A DNA stretch of 64,000 nucleotides from Candidatus Babelota bacterium (GTDB taxonomy: Bacteria; Babelota; Babeliae; Babelales; CAIQNR01). The position numbers and the translations under genes were made by a program. The stretch spans positions 40,722-104,721 of the forward strand of contig CBFHTA010000001.1 in the NCBI GenBank assembly GCA_965658655.1. Reading direction: 5' to 3'. The notes under the pieces were generated by a model. The model searched no databases. It was not told the origin of the DNA and saw nothing but the letters and a program-made list of their open reading frames with translations. Below, in pieces: positions 17,701 to 27,235 of the stretch. The first letter of the stretch is position 1; each line of letters starts with the position of its first letter.

Positions 17701-18407
17701 TTTTCGTATTGAGCCATCTTAACTTCATAGTCCAGCAACTCACTCTTCTCATGAGCAAAATGGTCAGAAGGAAGCACCTCTGTGCCAAATTCACTTTGCT
17801 CTTTAAGTTTCTCTTTGTAAGTTTTTTCACTTGTCTCTGTAAGACGTTGTGCATTTTCTAAATCAAGACGAGCTTCGCTTTTTTCTCCTATAACATGCGA
17901 AAGCTTATCCTCTTGATTAGCAATTTTTTTATTAAGAGATTGAAGCTCTTCAAAGGTATAAAGCGATTTCTTTTCTTCTTCTTGTGTCTTTTTTTCTTCT
18001 TCCATACCAGACAAAAGAGAAATGCGAGACTTCAAGTAACCAAACCAAGATTTTTTGCTTGAACGAATATTAGTTAAAATTTGAGCAGTTCTTTTAAGAG
18101 TAAAAAGCTGCTTATTTAAATATGTATCATCAACTGCTTGTTTTAATAGCCCTTCCACATGTTTTATTTTCTTACGAACTAGCTCTATTTTTTGCTGTAT
18201 ATCATCTTCAAAATTTTTTAACGTATGCTCAATAGTATCTGCTTGTTTTTTAAGATGTTGCAATTCTCTTTCTGCTTTATCTTCACCAACAGCAAGATCT
18301 AAAGATCCTTCTTTCCTTAAACCCAAAGAATTTAAAATATCGGCTTGTACGTTGAATCCGATTAGCAAGAAACAGGCAAGGGAGAGTATTTTTTTCATAG
18401 CTTTCAT
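14784..18407 (-). CDS. Large MscS-family mechanosensitive channel (MscK/MscM-like architecture)
   Basis: Signal peptide, long coiled-coil region, multi-TM block, GMGFALREVFNDFIA, QRPLKVGDYI, IPN, VGIRYAADP, IEIAFP. Confidence 0.9.
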   Translation of the reverse strand: MKAMKKILSLACFLLIGFNVQADILNSLGLRKEGSLDLAVGEDKAERELQHLKKQADTIEHTLKNFEDDIQQKIELVRKKIKHVEGLLKQAVDDTYLNKQLFTLKRTAQILTNIRSSKKSWFGYLKSRISLLSGMEEEKKTQEEEKKSLYTFEELQSLNKKIANQEDKLSHVIGEKSEARLDLENAQRLTETSEKTYKEKLKEQSEFGTEVLPSDHFAHEKSELLDYEVKMAQYEKEFSELQVKEKTAKLALIEEKEGFQQKALNAFRVQKDFIVRMSLRVDQKDIATVTERIKKEKQEYLNKTDTYLQQIEKLSTIEEKIKKQLEELEIKYPDKDYSITNLNEWISVPNNASSFLALAERGFKNDEVQLISIKIDFNKAQTALAKVLFKEHEYALRVVESWYKIKHQQFKSSEELNKEIVDYQTSVAELLREQSIYEDKRASATNRLSLQNKALTNIKNHQITLKAKRSKWFKGEEAKYNKCELYLAKAQTQVSKQIEYTGRIIEAYSKLLVSYSGEIKEIKSMIAELQRVSLWHRSGGAISKEGLTNIVPDMTGFLIDVRTLGSSYLSGFKLYIKSRKILNVLHNPIQLIIILWKLFLIFLFFFLLQRYLPSLSRFFINAGTEYRGAFVFSRILALCIEFVSKHLILLYIWFFLFFSVGMNSVTETYPAVLFFLFSIPYLLYLSNRFIHFVIAFNKEHEYELFPDHFVPRLHFVGCTFLYTSVVILFFREAFILATYTKSELPSVLLAFYSIIVRILLLSLIRKEDLLSVIPSKSEIGGLCWRLVDQYYYTILVIIITVMVLSDPHIGGYDNLVAYFFWGLFGTLLVGRSLFVAYGFCRRISSYIFFASDGETLNQRFDNSKTFYGLTVVFLFILFLLIGLWGIAWFWGKAIPLDSIGGFFVEKRFLVGFTEGKYHNVSIFDLARTIFFIPLAFMVGHLIDRFIVDRIFSVLLVDPGVHNAVSTILYYFVVIIVITIGLIHEGFGFLVLYYILPLLVGMGFALREVFNDFIAYFILLIQRPLKVGDYIKLSDDVSGVVRKITPRAVIIRRKRSFYLVIPNNKLMQDVIMNWDYSSGFITFPDIVVGIRYAADPQKTKDVLFQAVKSVNNVLKTPPPIVRLEEFGPSGYIFMIRGYISSEMTLQQWIIASDVRLAIVKFLHDNNIEIAFPVRVIRMMGESRDQQYLDGSRVKPEDADLPGDEFPEK

Positions 18408-19006
18408 GATTCATCACTCTTTAATAAATTTGGTATCGCTTTAAACCACTGTCTTTGAGGATGCGTTTGCATGCACCATAAAATCCATCTATCTAGCAAA
18501 GCCTCATTGGCTAACTGTAAGTCTGCGCGGACAAGGTTGTCAATAGGCGTTTTTAGAAATTGCTCTACACTGTGCTGTATTGCGCTGTCGTGCGGATAAA
18601 CTCCTAACTGAGAAAAAAGCTTTGCTATAACTCTTTTTTTATCTAATTCAGTTTTGAATTGAGTAAAATGAGAGAATAATTCAAGAAAAAAATCGAAAGT
18701 AACTTTGCAACCTACTCCCTCAGGCACAAAGTAGTAACAGGTTTCTAAAAGATAATGTAGAAAATAAATATCACTACGCCCCCAACTTAAAGGCATATGT
18801 TCTATTTCTACATCTTTAATTAGAAGTTTTTGATATTTATCTCGAACCGCATAGTACGAGATGATAGAACCCCTTTGAATACGAGTTTTAGCAAAAAGAG
18901 AGGTGTAAAAAATTGCATCAATGCGTCCATACTGAGACTCAAGCAGAGAAAGATTTCTGCCTTTGTAGAGTAACACTATACCCGTGCGTCGTTGCGATTC
19001 TTTCAC
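18404..19006 (-). CDS. recO: DNA repair protein RecO-like
   Basis: TGIVL and LSLLESQYGRIDA OB-fold N-terminus; HYLLETCYYFVPEG; LGVYP. Confidence 0.65.
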   Translation of the reverse strand: MKESQRRTGIVLLYKGRNLSLLESQYGRIDAIFYTSLFAKTRIQRGSIISYYAVRDKYQKLLIKDVEIEHMPLSWGRSDIYFLHYLLETCYYFVPEGVGCKVTFDFFLELFSHFTQFKTELDKKRVIAKLFSQLGVYPHDSAIQHSVEQFLKTPIDNLVRADLQLANEALLDRWILWCMQTHPQRQWFKAIPNLLKSDES

Positions 19007-19023
19007 CCCTCTCCTTTTATTTT

Positions 19024-21108
19024 CTATAAGCCAATCTTTTTAAAGAATGCGTCTTTGTTTGGTTCTCTGCCAAGATAGTCGCGCAACATATCATCTGGAT
19101 TTTTACTTGCGCCAGGAGCAAGAATTGCTTTCCTGTAACGGCTACCTGCTTCTGGATTCAACAAACCTTCTTTTTCTATTTGCGCAAACACATCATCGGC
19201 AAATACCTGGGCCCAAAGATATGAATAATACTTGGATCCGTACAATTCTGCACCCAGATGGCCAAAACTACACTCATCATGAATATCCTCATCATGCTCT
19301 ATATAAGGCACACACTCATTCATATATTTTTTATAGATTTGCGCGGCATCTTTATCTTGAGCATCGCCAAAGCACTCTAAAGCTATATAGCTCATTGCAA
19401 CCTGACGAGCATACAACATACCTTTTCCAAATTTTAATTGCTTAAGTTTTTTATCAATTAACTCATCTGGCATTGATTTACCTGTTTTATAATGATGAGT
19501 TAGACCCCGAAGAACCTCTTTGTTTTCTATCCAATTTTCAAGTAATAACGATGGTAATTCTAAAAAATCTACATTCGCAAATACTGGAGAAGATTGGTAC
19601 ACAAAAGGAGTTTCGGCTAACGCACAGTGAATAGCATGTCCAAACTCATGAAAAAATGTTTTTACCTCCTTAAAAGACAATAAGGACGGTTTACCGTTAG
19701 TTGGCTTTGTAAAATTACAAAGCATAGTAGAAACGGTAGGATATATTTTTTCTGAAGTACGAGCTGTCATAACCCCAGGGAAAGTCATGGCATGAGTAAA
19801 TTTATTTTTACGTGGATGCATATCCAAAAATACATAACTCAAAACTGCACCCGACTTTTCACTAATTTTAACTAACCGTACATCTGAGTGCCATACCTGA
19901 GGATTTTCAATAGTTTCAATCTTTAAATTAAAGAATTTTTCATAAATATCTAAAAGTCCACGAATCGTCTGATCCATGGGAAAATATTCAGCGATTTCTT
20001 GCTCATCAACATCATAATGTTTCTTCTTATAATACGTACTAACGTAAGCACTATCCCAATCTTTAAGTTTACCATCCCGAGTTAACGAAACATCTTCAGG
20101 TAGATCCTTGGTTATTTCTTTAAACTCCTGGCAAGCTTTTTTAACAATTGACTCTTTCATATCGCGGTGAAATGAACAAACACGCTCTGGTGTTTTAGCC
20201 ATATGTGGGCTTATATCAAAATGAGCATAACTTTTAAAACCAAGTGATTTTGCCAATTTATCTCGAACATCAATCAAATCTTTTAAAATTTTTTCGTTAG
20301 CTGGATATCCCCTATTACAAAAAACTTTTTCAAATTTTTTACGAGTACTCTCTACATAACAGTTATAAAAAATAGCGCTTGCCGTTGGATAATCCGTAAC
20401 TAAAATATACTTCCCATCATCATCTCTCTCTAATGCTTTAATAAAATCTTCAGAAACTCCTGCAAGCTCTTGCTCTTCAACCAAAATAAAACTGTTGTCA
20501 TTGGTGATATTCTGAACAAATTTTGGGCCAAGAGTAGCTTCTTGTTTCTTAAGCACCATCATTTTTTTTTGAACTTCTGGTGCAAGCTCTGCTCCATTGC
20601 GTTTAAATTCATTAAGCATATTGTTTAAGAAGTACCATTGTTCAAAAGTAAGGTTATCTTCTTGCGCATGCATATTAGCATAACTTTGCACTACTTTATA
20701 AAGAGATGCATTGCACGTAATATTTTCATTTGAAAAATCTCTTATTTGACGCTCTAACTGAAACGCTCTTTTAACAAAAGCTTTTTCACAATAAGCGTTT
20801 TTAATGATATTTAAAATCCAATACTCACACTCTAAATACCCTCGAGCAGTATCAATAGCATGCAAAACATTATCTTTATTTTGTTGCATTTTAGGAATAA
20901 CAATCACCTGATTAATAATTTCAAGAGCCTGCCCCTGCGCATACTCAACTCTTTCTTCCATCTCTTCAATAGTTTTAGGATATACCTTAGCTAAATCATC
21001 AAAAGTTTGAATATGTATTTGCCCATCAACATCTCGGGGTAATAAATGAGCCTGTAAATGCCCACACAACAACATCCCAACAAAAATACTGCTCTTACTA
21101 AATTTCAT
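19024..21108 (-). CDS. M3A metallo-oligopeptidase (thimet/neurolysin-like), signal peptide, paralog 2
   Basis: FLDMHPRKNK, TFFHEFGHAIH, DFLELPS, SFGHL..YYSYLWA, LGREP. Confidence 0.93.
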   Translation of the reverse strand: MKFSKSSIFVGMLLCGHLQAHLLPRDVDGQIHIQTFDDLAKVYPKTIEEMEERVEYAQGQALEIINQVIVIPKMQQNKDNVLHAIDTARGYLECEYWILNIIKNAYCEKAFVKRAFQLERQIRDFSNENITCNASLYKVVQSYANMHAQEDNLTFEQWYFLNNMLNEFKRNGAELAPEVQKKMMVLKKQEATLGPKFVQNITNDNSFILVEEQELAGVSEDFIKALERDDDGKYILVTDYPTASAIFYNCYVESTRKKFEKVFCNRGYPANEKILKDLIDVRDKLAKSLGFKSYAHFDISPHMAKTPERVCSFHRDMKESIVKKACQEFKEITKDLPEDVSLTRDGKLKDWDSAYVSTYYKKKHYDVDEQEIAEYFPMDQTIRGLLDIYEKFFNLKIETIENPQVWHSDVRLVKISEKSGAVLSYVFLDMHPRKNKFTHAMTFPGVMTARTSEKIYPTVSTMLCNFTKPTNGKPSLLSFKEVKTFFHEFGHAIHCALAETPFVYQSSPVFANVDFLELPSLLLENWIENKEVLRGLTHHYKTGKSMPDELIDKKLKQLKFGKGMLYARQVAMSYIALECFGDAQDKDAAQIYKKYMNECVPYIEHDEDIHDECSFGHLGAELYGSKYYSYLWAQVFADDVFAQIEKEGLLNPEAGSRYRKAILAPGASKNPDDMLRDYLGREPNKDAFFKKIGL

Positions 21109-21121
21109 TTAAAGCCTTTCG

Positions 21122-23209
21122 TTACAAGCCAATCTTTTTAAAGAATGCATCTGTGTTTGGTTCTCTACCAAGATAGTCGCGCAACATATCATCTGGTTTA
21201 CGACTTCCACCTACACCAAGAATATGTTTTTTATAGCGTGCGCCTGCTGCGGGATTAAGCAGCCCTTCTTTTTCAATCTGCGCAAAGACATCATCTGAAA
21301 AAACACGTGACCACATATAACCATAATATTTTGCACCGTAACCAGACAGATGTCCAAAACTACACCAGCCATGAGTGGTATCGTCATACACACCATTAGG
21401 AGCAAAAGTTTTAGTATACTTTTTATAAATGTCTTCTGCTTTAGTAGATTGATCTATACCAAAACAATCAAGAGCAATTAAACCCAGCCCCATTTGGCGA
21501 GCGTTAAAAGAACCTTGACCAAATTTTAATTGCTTAAGTTTTTTATCAATTAACTCATCTGGCATTGATTCACCTGTTTTATAATGGTGAGTTAAACCTT
21601 GAAGAATTTCCTTATTCTCCATCCAGTTTTCAAGCAACTGAGAAGGCAACTCAACAAAATCTATTTTAACAGAGGTACCGGATTGAGAAGCCAATTTAGT
21701 TGTTCCCAAAACACCATGAATCGCATGGCCGAATTCGTGGAAGAAAGTTTCCACCTCTCCAAACTTAAGAAGTGAAGGTTTATCAGCAGTCGGTTTAGTA
21801 AAATTACAAACAACAGAAGTGACAGTTGGATAAACTACTCCATCTCGCTCAATAGTAGTAACCCCTGGGAACATTGCCGCATGACCATATTTGTTTGACC
21901 GAGGAAACATATCCAAGAAAACATAGCCACGAACAGTTCCGTCTTTATCGCTAATTTTTACCAAACGAACATCTTCATGCCACGCTTTTGCATCGGCAAT
22001 GGTCTCTATCTTTAAATCAAAAAACTTTTCATAAATATCTAATAATCCTCGAACTGTTTGTTCCATTGGAAAATATTCAGCAAGCTTTTGCTCATCAACA
22101 TCGTAATGTTTTTTCTTAAAGTGCGTACTTACATACCCACCATTCCAACCTTCAAGCTTGCCCTCTTTAGTTAAAGAAACACCTTCTGGAAGATCTTTCA
22201 CAAATTCTTTAAACTCTTCGTTTGATTTTTCAAGAATCTTATCTTTCATATCAAGCTGAAACTTATACGCACGCTCAGGACTTTTAACCATTTGATCATC
22301 CAAATCTAAATGGGCATAACTTGCAAAACCTAAAGCTTTAGCAAGTTTGTGGCGTGTAGCTCGTAGATTCTCGAATACTTCTACATTCACGGGATAAGCA
22401 CGATTCTTAAACACCTTGCTAAAGCGCTTTCGTGTATCTTCTACTTTGCAATACTGCAAAACCATATCTGCACTTGGGTAATCTGTCTTAATAACGTACT
22501 GTCCATCATTATCTTTCGTAAGACCTGCAATAAAATCGTCAGAAACTCCATCTAATTGTTCTTTAGTTGCAGTAATAAAGCTTGTATCGTTATTAATATT
22601 TTGTGAAAACACTTGTGAAATTTTCTGTAATTCTTTTTGAAGCTCTACAATATTCTTGCGTTCATCTCCAGGTAAATCAAGACCAGAACGCTTAAAGTCA
22701 TCCAACATTTCAGAAAGCGCTAATTGCTCTTCTGAATCAAGTTTCTCTTGTTTTGCATTGCCGTTAGCATAAGACTTAAATGCTTTATATAAAGCAACAT
22801 TATTACTTAGATGTTCAAGTACAAAAGACTTAATAGCTAAATCTTCTCTTGCAGCTTCTTCACGAATAGCTTTATCTGGATGGGTATACATAACTAATTC
22901 AAGAATGCCCAATTCAGGACCAAAGTATGCCCAAGAACTATCAAGTGCATGAATCATATTCTGTTTGTTTTGATCTGCATGCGGAACTGCAATAATACCA
23001 TCGATAATCTTTTTTGCTTGATCCTGCGCAAACTGTGATCGATTTTGTATCTCAGAAACTGTACTTGGGTATACTCCATACACTTGTTCTAAATCTGTAA
23101 TATGTACATGACCCTGGGTATCTCTTGGCAACATAGCGTTTCTTTCGCTTTTAATAAAAAAAGTAGCTGCACACAGCAGTACAATGCTTAATAAGGTAAT
23201 TTTCTTCAT
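21122..23209 (-). CDS. M3A metallo-oligopeptidase, signal peptide, paralog 1
   Basis: FFHEFGHAIH, DFVELPSQLLENW, SFGHLSGYGAKYYGYMWS; ATG 23209 with RBS gagggag. Confidence 0.95.
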   Translation of the reverse strand: MKKITLLSIVLLCAATFFIKSERNAMLPRDTQGHVHITDLEQVYGVYPSTVSEIQNRSQFAQDQAKKIIDGIIAVPHADQNKQNMIHALDSSWAYFGPELGILELVMYTHPDKAIREEAAREDLAIKSFVLEHLSNNVALYKAFKSYANGNAKQEKLDSEEQLALSEMLDDFKRSGLDLPGDERKNIVELQKELQKISQVFSQNINNDTSFITATKEQLDGVSDDFIAGLTKDNDGQYVIKTDYPSADMVLQYCKVEDTRKRFSKVFKNRAYPVNVEVFENLRATRHKLAKALGFASYAHLDLDDQMVKSPERAYKFQLDMKDKILEKSNEEFKEFVKDLPEGVSLTKEGKLEGWNGGYVSTHFKKKHYDVDEQKLAEYFPMEQTVRGLLDIYEKFFDLKIETIADAKAWHEDVRLVKISDKDGTVRGYVFLDMFPRSNKYGHAAMFPGVTTIERDGVVYPTVTSVVCNFTKPTADKPSLLKFGEVETFFHEFGHAIHGVLGTTKLASQSGTSVKIDFVELPSQLLENWMENKEILQGLTHHYKTGESMPDELIDKKLKQLKFGQGSFNARQMGLGLIALDCFGIDQSTKAEDIYKKYTKTFAPNGVYDDTTHGWCSFGHLSGYGAKYYGYMWSRVFSDDVFAQIEKEGLLNPAAGARYKKHILGVGGSRKPDDMLRDYLGREPNTDAFFKKIGL

Positions 23210-23217
23210 AACTCCCT

Positions 23218-25170
23218 CTAATCTTTTTGTAATCTTAACCATTGCTCTCTCAATTCAATAGCTTTCTCAAAATCCATTTCTTCTGCAGCTTTATGCATCT
23301 CATACTCAAGTTGCGCCAACTGCTTTTGTGATTCTTCTTTAGAAGCTTTTCGCTTATCTTTTTTATACGCATGAGAAGCCTTTTTAATAGCTTCTTGCAA
23401 CTTAGAAATACTCTTAGTTACTTCGCGCTGCACGCTCTCTGGTGTAATACCATGTTCCTTATTGTAGTCTTGTTGCAACTTTCGTCTACGATCAGTCTCA
23501 TCAATCGCATTTTTCATTGATCCAGTTATTTTATCTGCGTACATAATCACTTTGGCATCAACGTTACGTGCCGCACGCCCAATGGTTTGAATTAATGAAC
23601 GTTTATCTCGCAAGAAACTTTCTATGTCTGCATCCATAATAGCAACTAAACCTACCTCAGGAAGATCAAGACCTTCTCGCAATAGGTTGACTCCTACTAA
23701 ACAATCAAATACACCCATGCGCAATTTTTGTAACAATTCAGTTCTGTCTGGCGTTTTAATATCACTATGCAAATAACAAACTTTTAATTTTCTTTCTTCT
23801 AAGTAACGCGCTAAATCTTCTGCAAGCTTTTTAGTAAGCACAGTAACAAGCGTTCGCTGATTGTTGTCTCGCTTTTCTTTAATCTGTTTAACCAAATGAT
23901 CCATCTGCCCCACACGCCCAATCACTTCTATTTCAGGATCTACTAGACCTGTTGGTCGAATAACTTGTTCAACAAGCGCATTAGAGTTTTCTAACTCATA
24001 GGGGCCTGGTGTTGCAGAAACAAATACCACATCATTAAAATATTTTTCTATTTCTTCAAACTGTAATGGACGGTTATCAAGCGCAGATGGAAGCCTAAAA
24101 CCAAAATCTATGAGAGATTTTTTACGCGACCTATCTCCGGCATACATGCCACGTAGTTGGGGCAATGCAATGTGAGATTCATCAATAATACACAAAAAAT
24201 CTTTAGGAAAGAAATCAAACAAACAAAATGGTTGCTCTCCATCTTTGCGTCCGTCAAAATGCACCGAATAATTTTCAATACCACTACAATAACCCAGATG
24301 ATCTATCATCTCTAAATCTCTGGCTGTTCTTTGAGCAATCCTGTGACGATATAACTCGTTTTCCACCGTAGGCAAATATTCTTTCATCTCATTTTGAATA
24401 CTTGCAATAGCAGATCGCTTTTTTGCTTCAGTGGTAACAAAATGCTTTGCCGGGAAAACAATGGTGTTGTCCAAGTCTTTAACAACACGATTATTATCTC
24501 TCGTTACCCACTGCAATCCTTCAATTGTGTCTCCAAATAGTTCAATGCGCAGTTTGTCTTTTTGATACGGCAAATTAACTTCTACCGTGTTTCCACGCAC
24601 CTGAAAAGTACCTGAACCTTTTTCGTAATCATCTCGTTTGTATTGAATAAAAATAAGCTTGCGCAATAAATCTTGGCGTTTAAAGGTGTCGCCAACCTTT
24701 AATCCCAGCGCCAAGTTTTTGTAATCTGAGGGGTCTCCTAATGCATAAATAGTAGAAACCGACGCAATCACAATAGTGTCTTTACGGTTTACTAAAGAAG
24801 CTGTGGCCTCGACGCGTAAACGTTCTATCTCGGTATTTATTTTAGTTTCTTTGGCAATATACATGTCTTGAGCAGGTAAATACGATTCTGGTTGGTAGTA
24901 GTCATAGTAACTCACAAAATAGCACACTTTGTTTTCGGGAAAGAAAAGCGAGAATTCTTCATAAAGCTGTGCGGCCAGCGTTTTATTAGGAGAAAGTATA
25001 AGCACTGGTTTGTCTTGTTGTGCAATAATATTTGCCATAGTAAAAGTTTTACCAGAACCGGTTACCCCCATAAGCGTAGACTTACCTGGACGGCTTTCGA
25101 GCAACTCTTTTATCGCCTTTGGTTGACTCCCTTTTGCTTTAAAAGGTGCTTTTAATTTAAATAGTGCCAT
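23218..25170 (-). CDS. uvrB: Excinuclease ABC subunit B
   Basis: GVTGSGKTFT, SYYDYYQPE, DESH, LREGLDLPEV, QTIGRAARN, C-terminal UVR; ATG 25170 preferred. Confidence 0.98.
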   Translation of the reverse strand: MALFKLKAPFKAKGSQPKAIKELLESRPGKSTLMGVTGSGKTFTMANIIAQQDKPVLILSPNKTLAAQLYEEFSLFFPENKVCYFVSYYDYYQPESYLPAQDMYIAKETKINTEIERLRVEATASLVNRKDTIVIASVSTIYALGDPSDYKNLALGLKVGDTFKRQDLLRKLIFIQYKRDDYEKGSGTFQVRGNTVEVNLPYQKDKLRIELFGDTIEGLQWVTRDNNRVVKDLDNTIVFPAKHFVTTEAKKRSAIASIQNEMKEYLPTVENELYRHRIAQRTARDLEMIDHLGYCSGIENYSVHFDGRKDGEQPFCLFDFFPKDFLCIIDESHIALPQLRGMYAGDRSRKKSLIDFGFRLPSALDNRPLQFEEIEKYFNDVVFVSATPGPYELENSNALVEQVIRPTGLVDPEIEVIGRVGQMDHLVKQIKEKRDNNQRTLVTVLTKKLAEDLARYLEERKLKVCYLHSDIKTPDRTELLQKLRMGVFDCLVGVNLLREGLDLPEVGLVAIMDADIESFLRDKRSLIQTIGRAARNVDAKVIMYADKITGSMKNAIDETDRRRKLQQDYNKEHGITPESVQREVTKSISKLQEAIKKASHAYKKDKRKASKEESQKQLAQLEYEMHKAAEEMDFEKAIELREQWLRLQKD

Positions 25171-25284
25171 GGATATCCCTAAACTTAAGTGTGCGTATAT
25201 TCTGCCTAGTCTAACACGATCATATATACCCAACAATCTCAGATTAAAATTTAACCTCAAAACTGCTCTGAAAAGTCAAAACCC

Positions 25285-25314
25285 TTGCTTTTAACCACTT
25301 AGATTTGCTATGAT
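25285..25314 (+). promoter_or_regulatory. Putative sigma70 promoter with extended -10
   Basis: TTGCTT-N18-TATGAT with TGn before the -10, upstream of RBS aaggag at 25339. Confidence 0.45.
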
Positions 25315-25349
25315 TTTTATTTATAATGATAGAAATTTAAGGAGATTAG

Positions 25350-26063
25350 AATAAAGAGAAGAATATTTTTTTAATCCTATTCATAAATGCTTTTTCACTT
25401 AATGCTGCAGATAGTTCTAATGTTGACGCTGAAGAACCTTTTGTATTGATTCAAGAGGCAAACAGCATAGAAGAAGCAATTAAACCTCCTTCTAATTTAT
25501 TAGAAGATACCGTAAGAACATACCAACTAAAAATTCTAGAACTACTTTACAAAAAAGACTATCAAGCCGTTTTAGACATTGTTAAAAAAGATCTTAGTGC
25601 GTTACCTGAAGAAACATGGCATCTTTTTTTAGAAAATAACTCATTAAAAGGAAAACAATGGACAAATCTTACCTTTGAACAAGCTGCTGAAATAGCTGAA
25701 CCATTTAATGGTGCCCTCAATCAAGAAACAATAATAAAAGGGTTTAAAGTGGGTCACAAAAAATATTTTGACAAGCCTGGCGGAGCAATGCTTTTAGAAC
25801 TTGTCCTACAAGACCTCAACAGTAAAACAAAAGAAAAGATTAATAACTTTGTAACAACATTAGCCTGTTATACTTCTGATGTACTCCTTTTTAATCTTAT
25901 GAAAACATATTTTTCTGAGAAAGTAGATTCTAGTAAATACAAACCTCTTTCTGTAAGAGATATTGAAGATCTTTCAAAGCTCTTAGAAAAAACAGAATTA
26001 TCTGGTCAAAAAGTTAAAGAAGCGCAAGAGAAACAACAATGGGCAGAAGAAGAGATAGACTAA
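25350..26063 (+). CDS. Hypothetical secreted-type protein with damaged or non-canonical start
   Basis: ORF 25446..26063 extends in frame to 25350 with signal-like NKEKNIFLILFINAFSLNA but has no ATG/GTG/TTG there. Confidence 0.55.
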   Translation, partial: NKEKNIFLILFINAFSLNAADSSNVDAEEPFVLIQEANSIEEAIKPPSNLLEDTVRTYQLKILELLYKKDYQAVLDIVKKDLSALPEETWHLFLENNSLKGKQWTNLTFEQAAEIAEPFNGALNQETIIKGFKVGHKKYFDKPGGAMLLELVLQDLNSKTKEKINNFVTTLACYTSDVLLFNLMKTYFSEKVDSSKYKPLSVRDIEDLSKLLEKTELSGQKVKEAQEKQQWAEEEID

Positions 26064-26233
26064 TAACAATAAAAAGAGAGAACTATTGTCTTAAACAGTT
26101 ATGGAACACAGTTGAAAATGAACGAGAAACAACAATAAACGAATAAATAATATTATCTTTTACTATTCAATAAAAGAAAGTATAATCCTATCTGGGCAAA
26201 CTATTTAGGGAATTTTACCAGCAAGGAACTTGC

Positions 26234-27181
26234 ATGTTGTTTCTACTCTTTTTAATCATATTTTTTCAAACCAATACAGCACAAAAGAAGATTGAATCTA
26301 CATTTAAGGTTTATAGTCAGATCAATCGACAAAAAATGACTTCTCCTGCCCGCAAAAAAACTATAACTCCTTTATGGCTAAAAAAAATTGCAAAAAAAAG
26401 TCCCGAGAAAATCACACTTGAAGAACTTGGAAAACAAGAAGAACAAAAATGGAAAAGAGAGAAAAAAATATCTGATGCAGCATGGGAAGAAGCAACAAGA
26501 CTCTGGCAAGAGAACCTAAACAATCCTTATCGCTGTCTAGAAGATCCAAAAAAGTGCAATGCCGTTTTTTATCTAAGAGTCAATCTTAGAGGTCATTTCA
26601 TGTCACACCACAAAGACAAGAAGAAAAAAAAGAGTTTATCCACAGAACAACCCGTCAAACCACTTTGCAAAAGAATTGCCCAGCAACACTGGAAAGAAAC
26701 CTCTAAAGAGGAAGCCTGTCATATTCATCAAATTAAACAAATAGTTTGTCGCTGGAGCAAAAATACCTCAAATAAACTCGCACAAGAAGCAATCTCTGCT
26801 CTTGCTACTCAAGCAGACCAATCTTCCCCCGATACTACAGTTTCTACTAAAAGAAAAAGAGATGAAGAAAGCACGACAACATTACGTTCCCCAAAGATGC
26901 TACATAGTGACGAAGACCGTATTTTTAAGTGTCAAGAAGGAAACTGCAAAGCATCTTTTTCTAAATATTTAACCCTAGGCACTCACTGTAGCAACAAACA
27001 TCGATCCACTAAATTCTCAACTCCTAAACCCTGTTCAGAGTGTGCTCATGAACAAAATCGACCTCGAACATTTTCCTATAAATCAACTGCTCATCTTGGC
27101 AGATGCAAGCAGATAAATGATGAACTCAAGAGAAAAGTGGAACTAAAGACTTTAAGACGAAAAAAAGCTTGCAAAAACTAA
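26234..27181 (+). CDS. Secreted C2H2 zinc-finger protein
   Basis: Signal peptide; CLEDPKKCNAVFYLRVNLRGHFMSH and FKCQEGNCKASFSKYLTLGTHCSNKH; CSEC...HLGRC; basic patches. Confidence 0.8.
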   Translation: MLFLLFLIIFFQTNTAQKKIESTFKVYSQINRQKMTSPARKKTITPLWLKKIAKKSPEKITLEELGKQEEQKWKREKKISDAAWEEATRLWQENLNNPYRCLEDPKKCNAVFYLRVNLRGHFMSHHKDKKKKKSLSTEQPVKPLCKRIAQQHWKETSKEEACHIHQIKQIVCRWSKNTSNKLAQEAISALATQADQSSPDTTVSTKRKRDEESTTTLRSPKMLHSDEDRIFKCQEGNCKASFSKYLTLGTHCSNKHRSTKFSTPKPCSECAHEQNRPRTFSYKSTAHLGRCKQINDELKRKVELKTLRRKKACKN

Positions 27182-27235
27182 AAGAGAAAGACTAAAGGTT
27201 AGTAATACACTGTAGCTATAAAAAAAAGGAGGAGA

